Source: Ignavibacteriota bacterium
GTDB lineage: Bacteria > Bacteroidota > Ignavibacteria > UBA10030 > CAVZMI01
Reading direction: 5' to 3'
DNA length: 64,000 nucleotides
Assembly: GCA_963776275.1 (NCBI GenBank)
Contig: CAVZMI010000014.1
Coordinates: 115,083-179,082 of the forward strand
Part shown: piece by piece, positions 31,549-43,624 of the stretch
Layout: each line of letters begins with the position of its first letter
How positions within the stretch are numbered: position 1 is the stretch's first letter
The notes under the pieces: generated by a model
Told to the model about the DNA's origin: nothing
The model's input: the letters and a program-made list of their open reading frames with translations, nothing else
The model's database searches: none
Program-made: the position numbers and the translations under genes

Positions 31549-32595
31549 ATGGAGGAGCTAGACCTGAATACCTCTCCGCACCGACGGCGAAATATACTGA
31601 CAGGCGAGTGGATTCTTGTTTCGCCTCACCGCATGAAAAGGCCGTGGCAGGGACAAATCGAAAATTCCGGTGACCTCCGGCGGGAATCGTACGATCCGTC
31701 GTGTTATCTCTGCCCTGGAAACACTCGGGCAAACGGCGAAACAAATCCCAAATATACAAAAACCTTCATATTCACTAATGATTTCAGTTCATTGATTCCG
31801 ACAACTCACGGAACAGAATGTGCATACCACGATTTGCTGGTGGCTGCGCCGGAATCAGGAGTGTGCCGTGTAGTATGTTTCTCACCGAGACATGATCTTT
31901 CGCTTGCTGAAATGGAAACGGAAGATATCAGGGATGTGCTAGATGAATGGGTTAAGGAATATGAAGAGCTCGGTTCAATGCCGGAAATAAACCATGTGCA
32001 GATTTTTGAAAACAAAGGTGAAATAATGGGATGTAGTAATCCCCATCCCCATGGACAGGTCTGGGCGCAGCATTCCATTCCAACCGAGCCGGCAAAAGAA
32101 ATTTTCCAGATGCAAAAACATATGCACGATCGTCAATCGTGCTTACTCTGTGATTATCTTACTCTGGAGTTGAAGGAACGCACGCGGGTAGTGTTTGCAA
32201 ATAATGATATTTCCGTGATCGTACCGTTCTGGGCTGTATGGCCGTTTGAGACAATAGTCGTTCCACATCGACATGTATCGTCAATCGGTGAATTGACGGA
32301 AGGGGAGAGGAATTCATTTGCCGATATAATTAAACGCCTGACGACGCGATACGATAACCTCTTTCAGATTTCATTTCCATATTCCGCAGGACTTCACCAA
32401 TCCCCGACAGACGGGCACATTCACCCGGAATATCATACACATATGCATTTTTATCCTCCGCTTCTTCGGTCGGCGAACATTCGAAAATTCATGGTCGGTT
32501 ATGAAATGCTCGCCGATCCGCAGCGCGACACCACACCGGAAACAAGTGCATCGCAATTACGGGGAATTTCAGAAGTACATTATTTTAAAAAGTAG
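31549..32595 (+). CDS. galT: Galactose-1-phosphate uridylyltransferase
   Basis: HRRRNILTGEWILVSPHRMKRPWQG, CYLCPGN, FENKGEIMGCSNPHPHGQ, RKFMVGYE. Confidence 0.96.
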   Translation: MEELDLNTSPHRRRNILTGEWILVSPHRMKRPWQGQIENSGDLRRESYDPSCYLCPGNTRANGETNPKYTKTFIFTNDFSSLIPTTHGTECAYHDLLVAAPESGVCRVVCFSPRHDLSLAEMETEDIRDVLDEWVKEYEELGSMPEINHVQIFENKGEIMGCSNPHPHGQVWAQHSIPTEPAKEIFQMQKHMHDRQSCLLCDYLTLELKERTRVVFANNDISVIVPFWAVWPFETIVVPHRHVSSIGELTEGERNSFADIIKRLTTRYDNLFQISFPYSAGLHQSPTDGHIHPEYHTHMHFYPPLLRSANIRKFMVGYEMLADPQRDTTPETSASQLRGISEVHYFKK

Positions 32596-32603
32596 AGGCG
32601 CGT

Positions 32604-33656
32604 ATGAGAGAAAAAGTGCCATCCACTCGTATCACTGTACAGCAGTTAGCGGAGAAACTTGGAATCTCAGCTATGACGGTCTCGCGAGCGCTGAATAACC
32701 GTCCGCATGTGGATCTTAAAACGCGAAAGAGGGTGCTGGAAGCGGCACGACGGCTTGGCTATAGTCCCGATCTCATTGCGAAAAGTCTTGCACTTAGAAA
32801 GACGTACACAATCGGTGTCGTGGTGCCTGAGATTACCCACTCCTTTTTCCCCGAAGCAATCCATGGGATTGAGGAGGTGACATACAGTCAGGGATACCAC
32901 CTGATTCTCGCACATTCGGCCGAGAGTGCCGAACGTGAACGGGATGCCCTTCAGACACTGGAATCGAAACGGGTCGATGGTATTCTCATCTCTACAGCTC
33001 AGAATATTTCAGATTTTTCACAATATAAACAGATTGTGCGGAAGGGTACTTCGCTGGTTTTTTTCGACCGGTGCGTCTGGGGAATTGGGGTGAGTTGTGT
33101 CAGTATCGACGACGAGAAGAGCGCGAGACAGATTACCAGGCACCTGCTGGAACATAGATATAAGCGGTTAGCCCACCTTGCGGGTTCTCCAAAACTCGCT
33201 ATCAGCAAGGCACGTTTGCGTGGATTTCGAAAAGCCATCAAGGAATTCAGTCTGTCCGTTGATGAGGGGTTAATAGTGGAATCGGGATTACACGAACCGG
33301 GGGGATATGCAGCTATGGTTAAAATTCTAAGCCTGCCGACAAAAAGATGGCCGCGGGCTGTCGTCGCGGTGAACGATCCCGCCGCATTTGGTGCAATGAG
33401 GGCATTGACGGAACACGGCCTGCGAATTCCCGAAGATATCGCAATCGTCGGCTTTTCAGATGATATTCGGGCTGCAATTATGACTCCTCCTCTGACCACC
33501 GTACGGCAGCCGGCTTTTGAAGTGGGACGAAAGGCTGCACAACGGTTGTTTGCCCATATCAGAGGGCAGGAGAAGTCCGCCACCCGAACCGAAATACAGG
33601 CAGAACTCGTTATCCGGCGGTCATGCGGCTGTCTCTATCCTGAACAAAAGGCATAA
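32604..33656 (+). CDS. LacI-family transcriptional regulator
   Basis: ITVQQLAEKLGISAMTVSRALN HTH, LGYSPD..AKSL, IPEDIAIVGFSD, PPLTTVRQP. Confidence 0.95.
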   Translation: MREKVPSTRITVQQLAEKLGISAMTVSRALNNRPHVDLKTRKRVLEAARRLGYSPDLIAKSLALRKTYTIGVVVPEITHSFFPEAIHGIEEVTYSQGYHLILAHSAESAERERDALQTLESKRVDGILISTAQNISDFSQYKQIVRKGTSLVFFDRCVWGIGVSCVSIDDEKSARQITRHLLEHRYKRLAHLAGSPKLAISKARLRGFRKAIKEFSLSVDEGLIVESGLHEPGGYAAMVKILSLPTKRWPRAVVAVNDPAAFGAMRALTEHGLRIPEDIAIVGFSDDIRAAIMTPPLTTVRQPAFEVGRKAAQRLFAHIRGQEKSATRTEIQAELVIRRSCGCLYPEQKA

Positions 33657-33869
33657 TGGGCATGATGACACCGATATGTGCTCCGGCAATCGGTGAAATG
33701 ACGTTCGTCGGCTCGATTCTTTTAGAGCTCAGGCCTCCATAACAAAGAAAGCGTTTTTTCCTGCGTTTTTGTTAAGATATTTTCCCTCTCTTGACTATTT
33801 CATTTTTCATTTATTAATTGTCACCGACAATTATCTTCGTTTGTGACGAATCCGGAAAGGAGGAGTATT

Positions 33870-34277
33870 ATGTCGAAGATTCAGCGTGTTACTTTTTTCA
33901 AGGCAAACCTCAGCGATAAACCTGGTATGTTGCTCGGAATTATGCAGGAACTCAAGTCAAAGGGTGTCGGACTGACATGCCTCTGGGGCTTCGGGAAACC
34001 GGACGGGAATGCGGAACTTTTTGTTGTAGCAAAAAATCCGGATAAATTAAAAAATATCTGGAAATCTTCGGGCATACTCGCAGAAGAAGGGACGGGTTTC
34101 TTTATAAAGGGAGCGGATCGAACCGGAGTTCTTGTGAAGAGCCTTGAAGCACTTGCTGGTGCCGGCATTAACATCAAAGCTATGAATGCTGTTGCCGTCG
34201 GTGGAAATTATGGCTCACTCATATGGATCGGTACTGCCGATATTGAAAAAGCAGCAGAGGTACTGGGGGCGAAGTGA
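33870..34277 (+). CDS. Tandem ACT-domain protein
   Basis: Two ACT-like repeats (SDKPGMLLGIMQELKSKGVGL; ADRTGVLVKSLEALAGAGINI); AGGAG RBS. Confidence 0.75.
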   Translation: MSKIQRVTFFKANLSDKPGMLLGIMQELKSKGVGLTCLWGFGKPDGNAELFVVAKNPDKLKNIWKSSGILAEEGTGFFIKGADRTGVLVKSLEALAGAGINIKAMNAVAVGGNYGSLIWIGTADIEKAAEVLGAK

Positions 34278-34332
34278 AATTCTGCATAGCAGGAAAGTTG
34301 AGGGTGAGCGGGATCTATTTCTGCAGGTAAAG

Positions 34333-34360
34333 AGAAGCCTCCGACATTATGGAGGCTTCT
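34333..34360. terminator. Hairpin terminator between convergent genes
   Basis: AGAAGCCTCC-8 nt-GGAGGCTTCT. Confidence 0.7.
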
Positions 34361-34400
34361 TGTCTTTTATAATTCTTTCTGTGAGCTGCTGTTGTAACAT

Positions 34401-37400
34401 CTATTCGGGTTTCGCATCCAATATCTCGCGTATCATCGAAAGAAGTTCCTTAGGTACGTACGGCTTCTGTGTGATGCCTTTCACTCCTGCCTGCAGCAAT
34501 TGGTTTTTTACCCCCGGTTCCAGGAATCCGGAAGCTAAGAATAATCTTCACCCCCGGATTGATCTTACGGAGTTTCTTGAATTCGTCGACCCCTCCAAGT
34601 TTCGGCATTCCCGTATCGCTTATGACAAGTGCAATGTCCTTCTGATACTGCGTATATATTTCGATAGCCTCCTGTCCATCGCTGGCGATGAGCACTTTGT
34701 AGCCATTCGATTCAAGCAGCGATCGTACAAATTCCAGCAGAAGAATTTCATCTTCAACAAGAAGAATCGTTTCAGAGCCGCCGTGTATATCTTTCATCTT
34801 CTTTAGTTTGAGTCTCCATGGATTTTTTTCAAGTTTTGCGGCAGCGGTATATATAGATGGAATGTTGTCCCCGCTCCGATGGTGCTTTCAACGTCGACAA
34901 GACCATGATGGGTTTGAATAACACCGAGGGCCACAGATAAACCGAGTCCGGTTCCTTTACCCTTTTCTTTTGTGGTAAAGAACGGATCGAAGATACGGGT
35001 TCTGGTTTCCTCATCCATTCCCGATGCCGGTATCGGTCACGCTAATAATAACATAGTGATCACGATCTGCAGAGGGGAAACGTTGAAGGATTTCTTCGCG
35101 TATCACTTTCTTTACTGTGATGATAAGGTCTCCTCCGTTCGGCATGGCATCCCGGGCATTGACGCAGAGATTCAATAACGCCTGGTGCAATTGCGTCCGG
35201 TCGGCATTGATCGTCGGAATATCTTCATCGATGATTTCCTTGATCGTGATCATTTTTGAGAAGGTCTCTCTTAACATCGAAAGAAGATCATGCACAAGAT
35301 CGGGAATATGCACAGGTTCAAATGAGACATCCGTTTTACGCGCAAACGTAAGGATCTGCCGCACAAGCGATGCTCCCCGTTCCACCGATTGTTTAATGGC
35401 ATTGATATTCAATAAGAATTTCTCGTTTGTCATGCCTCCTCTTTCCAGCAGGGAGGCGTATCCCATTATGATTCCGAGAATATTATTGAAGTCGTGCGCA
35501 ATACCTCCTGCGAGTGTCCCGATGCTCTGGATCTTTTGAGACTGTATAAGCTGGTATTGAAGTCGTTTTTGTTCGGTGATGTCCTGGAACACTTCAAGCA
35601 ATGCTTCCTTGCCCTGATAGGCCATTCCGATATGGCTGATCTGAAATATCTTTCCCCCAAAAATGCCGGCTGTTTCAACGACTTCGGGTTTATCGTGTTC
35701 AATCCCGTGCCGGAGCGGACAGTCCTGGCACTGCTGTTTATCATCCTTGTAGGCGAGCCAGCACTGTTTACCCATAGCTTCGGCACCGACGAGTTTTTTC
35801 ATTGAATCGTTCATAAAGAGGATATTTCCCTGTTCATCGACGATATCCATTCCGAACGGCATCGTCTGAAGAAGCAGCTGGTTGAAGGCATTACTCTGGA
35901 TGAGTGCTTCTTCCGCTGTTCCTGCAAGGACCACTTGAGAAGCAGTGCTTGCAATGTCTTCTAAATATTGTTTTTCATATTGTTCGATAGCCCGATTTCT
36001 GAACATCGCCATGACTCCGATCGGCTTACCTTCCGTTGAAATGAGTCGATAGCCTGCAAAGGAAACCAGGCCAAGAGATTTCGCCCACTCCCGGTCATGA
36101 ACTTGGGTGTCATGAACGACATCGTTGGTAATAAATTTTGCATCTTCTCCTGATGCGACACGTCCTATTTTGTAGCATCCAAAGGGAACCCTCCGGTGAC
36201 CGCCGTCAGTGTGAGTATAACACCCAGAACTGGATATAAGATGGAGACAGCGAATTCGGTCTACGCAGACATGCGGTCCTTCGCTCACCGCTGCATGCGG
36301 GCATCCTTTGTCACAGAGGTCTGCGTCTCTGACGATCCAGACCCGTGCGAAATCGGCGCCAAATATTTCAACTAGGCCGTCAGTCACGAGTTTGAGTTTT
36401 TCATTAATACCCCTTACACTGATTAACTTATGTTTTAAATCGCTGATCTTTTTACTATATGTTTCTTGTTGTTTACGCTCGGTGATGTCGCGAACGAACA
36501 CGAGTGCGCCATCGTGACCTTCATATGGGATTGGTACAGCAGAGACCTCCACATCGACTACTGTTCCGTCGAGTTTTAAATATTTTTCTTGTAATGGGGA
36601 AGCGTTTTTCTTTTCCTGGTTGATCAGACGAATGCGCTCCCGAATTCTTTCCCGATAATCCGGATGAAAATCGGTCCATTACGGGCTGTCCCAACAGCTG
36701 GCCCTCAGACTCGGCGCCGAATAACTTCAATGCGGCTGGATTTAGATATGAAAATCGGGATTGGGTCTGCACAAAGACTGTGTCAGGTGCACTTTCAATA
36801 AACCGGCGGAAGTTCTTTTCACTTATCTGCAGTGCTTCTTCGGCATGCTTTCTTTGCTCTTCCATCTCCAGAGATTCGAGTGCAAAGGAGACATTCCTTG
36901 CAAGTTCATCGAGCAACTGTACCTCCTCAAAATTAAAAGCCTGCACTTCATTTGAATAAAAGCTGAAGGTTCCGACTGTCTTGTTTAATATCCTCAGAGG
37001 ATATACAGCCGATGATTTATAACCGCGTTCGAGAGCCCGTTTCCGCCAGTGAATCGAGCGCTCATCACGTTCAATATCGTTATAAACAATGCCGCGGCCG
37101 TTCTGAAGATCTTCTCCGATTTGTCCTCTCCCCTCGGGTGTATCCGATGGCGTAATGTAGAGATGTTCCAGATAATTGTCGGTCGATCCCGCAGAAGCTG
37201 TCGGAGTGATGATATTCGAATCTTCTTTGAGCAACCCGATCCAGGCCATCGAAAAACCGCCGTCATCGACAGCGATTTTACATGCACCTTCAAGCATCTT
37301 TTGCCTGTCTCGCTCGCGAACGATCAATTGATTGACGTTGCTTAATACGGCATAGGTGCGATTGAGATTGAGAATTTTTATTTCGTTCTGCTTGCGGTCC

Positions 37401-40294
37401 GTGATGTCGTGCACTGCACTAACCAGATGAGTACAACTCCCTTCTTTATCGAAAATGGGAGCAATGCTGACCTCTCCAGTAAACCTGCCTGTCGGATAGT
37501 CGGTTGTTTCTTCCCAGCGGACAATTGTTTTTCCCTGGATCGCCTGTTTGTATTTGTCCAGTACCAGAGTCAGGGATGGCTCCGGGATGACATCGCTGAC
37601 GAGTTTACCGACAACTGCTATGGCAGGCAGCCCTATGGTTGAGAGGAATGCTCGATTGACGGAATTGAACCTGTATTCGCCATCTTTAGTCACATCCAAT
37701 AGGAAAATTGCATCGCCAACAGTCTCGTAAATTGATGAAAACCGCTTCTCGCTTTCACGTAACGCCTGTTCCACTTGTTTGCGGTCGGTAATGTCTTGCA
37801 CTTGAGAGATGAAGTACGATGGATTTCCATCGGCATCATGTACCAGCGAACTGATTAACAATCCCCAAACTACATGTCCATCCTTGTGATAATAGCGTTT
37901 TTCAAAGACGGCATTTTCCGTTTCACCCGCGATCGCCTTTTTGATAAACTCGGGACTCAGGAGTACGTCTTCGGGTACGGCAATAGTATTTACATTCATG
38001 CGCTCGAGTTCCTGTTTGCTGTATCCAAAAATTTCGCACATCTTGTCGTTAACCCGTTTCAAGTTGCCTGCTGTATCTACCAGGCACATACCTGTATTTG
38101 CATTCTCAAAGGCAAGACGGAACTTCTCCTCGCTATCCCTTAATGCTTCTTGTGCCATCTTCCGCTCGGTGATATCTTGTGCAAATCCAATCAGACCGAC
38201 AGGAGTGTTATTTTTATCATAAATCGGAATTTTATCCGTCTGTACCCATCTGATGCCGTCGGCAGATTCATATGGTTCTATTATGTTAAGTTTAGCGCGC
38301 CCTGAGGTTAAAACCTCCTGGTCATCGTTTGTCATGTCTTGTGCAATCTTTGGAGAATAAAGGTCAAAGACTGTTTTTCCCAAAAAATCTTTTTCAGGTA
38401 TTTTTTGTGATTCGGCAAACGTCTTGTTGACGCGAATGAATTTTCCTTCTTTATCCTTATAGAAAACTATGATTGGAGAAGTATCGATAATGAGCTTAAG
38501 TTCCCGCCGCTCTTTTTCCAGTATTGCTTCTAATTTCTTCCGCTCGGTGATGTCTTCCACGGTACCTTCGTAGTACAGAATTTCTCCATTTACATCGCGA
38601 TGAGCTCTTGCGCTTTCCAGAACATGGATCGTTGAGCCATCTTTTCTTATCCATATGGCTTCATACTCTTTAATTTCATCTGCAGCTGCAATGCGCTGTT
38701 TAAACTGACTGCGCGGACAGGAAGGGTCAAATCCTTCTTCCTCAAGGTTGCGTTTTGAAAGTTCCTCAAGACTTGAATATCCTAACATTCGAATAAGAGT
38801 GGGATTTGCGAGAATAATGGCTCCATCCAGAGTGGTTTGATAGATTCCGAGCGAAGAATTTTCGAAAAGGCTGCGGTATTGCTCTTCACTCTTTCGAAGA
38901 GCTTCTTCGGCCTGAATGCGCTCGCTAATATCACGAATGATGACCTGATAGAATTTTATCCCATCGATCGCGATCGGGCGTACACTTAATTCAACAGGGA
39001 ACGTCGATCCATCCTTCCGTCGATGATTAGTCCTGTAGATGGCACCCTGCTTCTCATTAATGATAGCGAACTCTTCTTCCAGACTTATAGAAGTAGCGGA
39101 CAAATGCAGATCGACAAACCTGAACCCGATAATTTCATCATAAGTATAACCATAAGATTGAAGAGCCCGGTCGTTCGCCTCCACGACAATCAAATCTTCA
39201 TTCGTCAACAAAATAATGTCGTTTGCATATTTTATGAGATATTCAAAGTGTGTAACAAGCGCCCGGCGCTTGAGTTCGGCTTCATATTTTTCACGGTAGA
39301 ACTTTAGGCGCTGATGCCTCCACCATAATCCCATTGTCGAAGCGGCGGCAAGAATGAGAAAGGATGCTGCAATTCCAACCATCCATGCTTTTTCACGCAG
39401 TGGAGCATAGACCTCTTCCTGATCGACTTTTGTCACCATAAACCATGGTGAATTCGGAATTTTCCTGATTACTGCCAGCACTGGGACACCACGATAGTCG
39501 ACACCTTCCACCGTTCCTTCAATTCCCCTTACTGCCATTGAAGCGGTCAGTTTTTCATGGATGACCGGCAGGCGGAGGTTCAATGCGGTGTTTTTTTTAT
39601 GACGCACGTCGTTAAGGTAAAGTACGCTGTCGCCTTCGCGGCGAAGTAATAGAGTTTCTGCTGAATGGCTTGGTGTTGGCCACCACTGAATTAGTGGGAA
39701 GAGAACCTTATCGATATCAATTTGGAGTAGAAAGACTCCAACAGCACTGTTCTCGCGTCGCTCATTCGAGACCAGGGGTACAATTAATTCCATATAAAGG
39801 TGCGACGACGGTCCTTTTCTGTGTATATCCGTAAGCAGCACCTCTCGAAGACGAAGAGTCTCCGAAATTTCTCCGTGCGCGATCGAGCACACTGTATCGC
39901 CCTCCGACGTGACAGTAAGCCGTATAGTGCCTTTCGTGTCATAAAGAAATATACTACTATAGTCGTACAAAGATTGTATCGATTTCATCCACACGATAAG
40001 ATCTTGTCGTCGTTTTACCTCCTCCGGTTTTTTGAGGAACGTTTCCACATAACTTGCGATGAATGGGTTCTCCTGGATGATTTTACCATCGGAAAGACGT
40101 TCATCACGCCAGTGGACAATTTGACTTGACTTGAGATCGGTGATTGCGCTCAACGCATCGTGCTGTTCTTGCTTTAGACGAGTCTTTTGAAAATTAAAGT
40201 AGAAATATCCGATGATGAGGATTCCTATGGCAATCAGCGAGAAGATGCCGAAAATTGCCCAGGGAATTCGTTCGAAATAATTAGAGGATTTCAT
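34401..40294 (-). CDS. Giant membrane-bound hybrid sensor kinase (TM-Cache-like-TM, ~7 PAS, 2 GAF, HisKA, HATPase, REC), split by several single-base frameshifts
   Basis: ORFs 36521..40294, 35011..36552, 34803..35018 and 34450..34797 join end to end: GTLAGGIAHDFNN, LNLCVNARDAM, DTGIG/MDEETRTRIFDPFFTTK..GTGLGL, ETILLVEDE..LVISD; final stop at 34401. Confidence 0.88.
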
Positions 40295-40556
40295 TTTGCC
40301 TGCGCTACTCCTGGTGCACCAGGCTTATGATCAAAGAATGTAGAAAAGAGATAATAATAAAAAAGGGAATGTCAGGAAAACGACACCCCCTTGTCTCTTC
40401 CATATACCTTATTTTCGGCATAATTATTGAGTTTCTTTAATTATTATGGTGTTTCTTTAGAATTTGAATTAATAGTTTGTGATAAACGCAATTGTCAGAA
40501 TATGGTGTCTTTCTTATATTGTAGAAGACAAATCGAACTAAAAACAGGGTTATTTC

Positions 40557-43437
40557 ATGCTCTCTGGTGCATATCGAAAACTCTATGACCGTCTGGTCGG
40601 CTTTATCCCCAAAATAAGGCTGCTCCATAATGAGCTGAATTTACTTGGATTCGGGACAGACGCCAGTTTTTACCGTCTCACTCCGCAGCTCGTTGTTCAG
40701 GTCGAGAATGAGGATGAAGTTATCAGGGTGCTTCAGGAGACCTCCAGATTAAAGATCCCTGTGACTTTCCGTGCAGCAGGAACAAGCCTTTCGGGACAAG
40801 CGATCTCGGATTCGGTGCTTATCGTTCTTGCTCCTACCTGGACGAAGTACAAGATAAATGACGACGCCTCGACTATTTCCCTGCAACCGGGTATTATCGG
40901 AGCACATGCAAATGTTTATCTTGCGCCGTATGGGAAAAAGATTGGTCCCGACCCGGCTTCCATCGACTCTGCAATGATCGGCGGAATCGCCGCCAATAAT
41001 GCAAGCGGCATGTGCTGTGGAACCGCACAGAATAGTTACCGCACCGTCAGGGGCATGAGAATTATTTTTCATGACGGGACAGTTCTGGATACGACCGACT
41101 CCGAAAGTCGAAGACAATTCTGGGTGACGAAAAGTGAACTGGTTTCTTCTATCGTTGATCTCTCCTACCGTATCCGCGCGAACCAGGCGCTGGTTGAGCG
41201 AATCCGGCGCAAATATACAATGAAGAATACGACCGGATACAGCCTGAATTCCTTCGTGGATTATTCAGATCCGGTTGATATTATCGAGCACCTCATGATC
41301 GGTTCCGAAGGAACACTTGGTTTTATCGCAGAGATTACCTATGAGACAGTCCCCGAACTCGCCAACAAAGCCAGCTCGCTTATAGTCTTTCCGGATATCG
41401 AAACGGCTTGTAAAGCTGTAGAAATTCTTACGACATTTACCGTGGATGCGGTCGAGCTAATGGACCGGGCATCATTACGGTCGATACAGGAAAAACCGGG
41501 AATGCCCGAGTTCCTGAAAAATCTCGACGGCGGGGTCGCAGCCTTATTGGTTGAAACAAGAGCAACTTCACGGGAAAAACTCTCAGAGCAAATTAAAGCT
41601 ATCGCCCATGCGCTTGTCTCTGTCCCGAAAATATTCCCCATCTTTTTCCATGCAAATCAGGTGGAGTATGACCGCCTGTGGAATATCAGAAAAGGACTTT
41701 TTCCTTCAGTCGGTGCAATGCGAGCGACAGGCACGACATGCATTATCGAGGATGTAGCGTTTCCTCTTCCCAGACTGGCCGAAGCTGTCGTCGAGCTGCA
41801 AAATCTTTTTGAAAAACATGGCTACAAAGATGCTATCATTTTCGGCCATGCCCGCGAAGGAAACCTTCACTTTGTGTTCAGCCAGGATTTCAACCGGCCG
41901 GATGAGATAAACCGTTACGCCCTTTTTATCGACGAGGTTACTCATCTGGTTGTAGAAAAATACGACGGATCGCTCAAAGCCGAACACGGCACCGGAAGAA
42001 ATATGGCCCCGTTCGTGGAGCTGGAATGGGGAAGCGAAGCCTATGCGATGATGCGTGAAATAAAAAGGATTTTCGATCCGGAAAATCTGCTCAATCCTGA
42101 TGTCATTATCAATATGGACGCGACTGCACATCTCAAGCATCTTAAACCGCTGATGCCTGCAAATCCAATCATCGATAAATGCATTGAATGCGGATTCTGC
42201 GAAGTGCTATGCCCGTCGAAGAATTTGTCGATGACGCCGCGTCATAGGATCACCGTTTACCGTGCAATGGTACAACTTACCCAGCAGAAGAGCGAGAAGT
42301 CTCGGCTTGCTGCTCTGCGTCGGGAATTTGACTACTCAGGCGATAAAACCTGTGCGACAGACGGGCTCTGTTCTCTGACCTGTCCGGTCGGGATTGACAC
42401 CGGATCGTTGATTAAGGAATTAAGGTTTGAAGATAACTCACAACTTGCAAATAAAGTTGCCACCGTTATGGCGAAGCACATGAGTTTTGTTGTCAGGGTT
42501 GTGAGAATAATCTTAAACACGACTTATGTCATCCGCGGAATCTTTGGCACTGCGTTTATGGAAAAAATATCATCGATTGCCCGAAAGATAACTGCAAATA
42601 GATTACCGAAATGGAACAGGTATGTGCCGAAGGGTGGGAAAAGGGTGAAGGTTAAGTCGGGGGTTGACCCTTCGACTCGTCCCGATATGATATATCGGAA
42701 CTCGCTCAGGGCGTGGGTTGAGAGAGAAGGTCGTCTATTTTCCGTCGTGCATTAATCGCGCGATGGGCTTATCGCACGACTATGATGTCCGCGAAGCGGT
42801 CACGAAGAAGACAGTCGCATTATTGCAGAAAGCGGGGTATGCGGTCGTCATTCCTGAAAAACTTTCAAAACTCTGCTGTGGTATGGCCTTTGACAGCAAG
42901 GGATTCAGAGAACAGGGGATGATGAAGGCACAGGAACTGGAAGCCGCTCTGCTGAAGGCATCGAATGACGGTGCATATCCTATTCTTGTCGATATGAGTC
43001 CATGTCTTTTCCGGATGAAAGAAACACTTGATCCAAGATTGCAGCTCTTCGAACCGATCGAATTTATTATTGAATTTTTAATCGACAGGTTGGAGTTCTA
43101 TAAACTGAACAAGACGGTGGTTATTCATACACCATGCAGTGCCATCGAGATGGGATTGAACGGGAAATTTAGACAGGTAGCGGAACTCTGTGCCGAGAAG
43201 GTCATCGTTCCAACCGGGATCGGCTGCTGCGGCTGGGCAGGAGACCGTGGTTTTATCTATCCCGAACTAAATGAAAGCGCTCTTGCGGACTTGCAAAGGC
43301 AGATTCCACAAGACTGTACAGAGGGATACTCTACGAGTCGAACGTGTGAAATCGGTCTATCACTTCATAGCGGCATCAGCTACAAATCGATCGTGTATTT
43401 AGTGGACAGGTGCACAACAGTGAAAACGACAAATTGA
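40557..43437 (+). CDS. FAD-linked, Fe-S-containing D-lactate dehydrogenase (Dld-II-like), frameshift near 42718
   Basis: FRAAGTSLSGQ, GPDPAS, GSEGTLG, GSLKAEHGTGRNM, CIECGFCEVLCP, CATDGLCSLTCP, then CCG domains (YFPSC, LCCGM, CCGWAGDRG) in ORF 42718..43437. Confidence 0.88.
42661..42721. repeat. Palindromic REP-like element inserted inside the dehydrogenase coding sequence
   Basis: GGGTTGA-CCCTTCGACTCGT-CCCGATATGATATATCGGA-ACTCGCTCAGGGCGT-GGGTTGA: 7-bp direct repeats 54 bp apart enclosing a hairpin. Confidence 0.7.
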
Positions 43438-43624
43438 GTGGTATAGCTAATCGAAATTAGCTTTTTTGGGATCAAGTTTGACATTTCAGAAGTCCACTAC
43501 TCTGTATCTTCTTTTACTCCTTACATGCCCAATTCTATTGGTAAGAATTTTAACTTTTTTGACCCTCCCGTGTCTAATGTTGTATGATTGTCATGTCATC
43601 GAAAACGATATGGGAGATCTCGGA

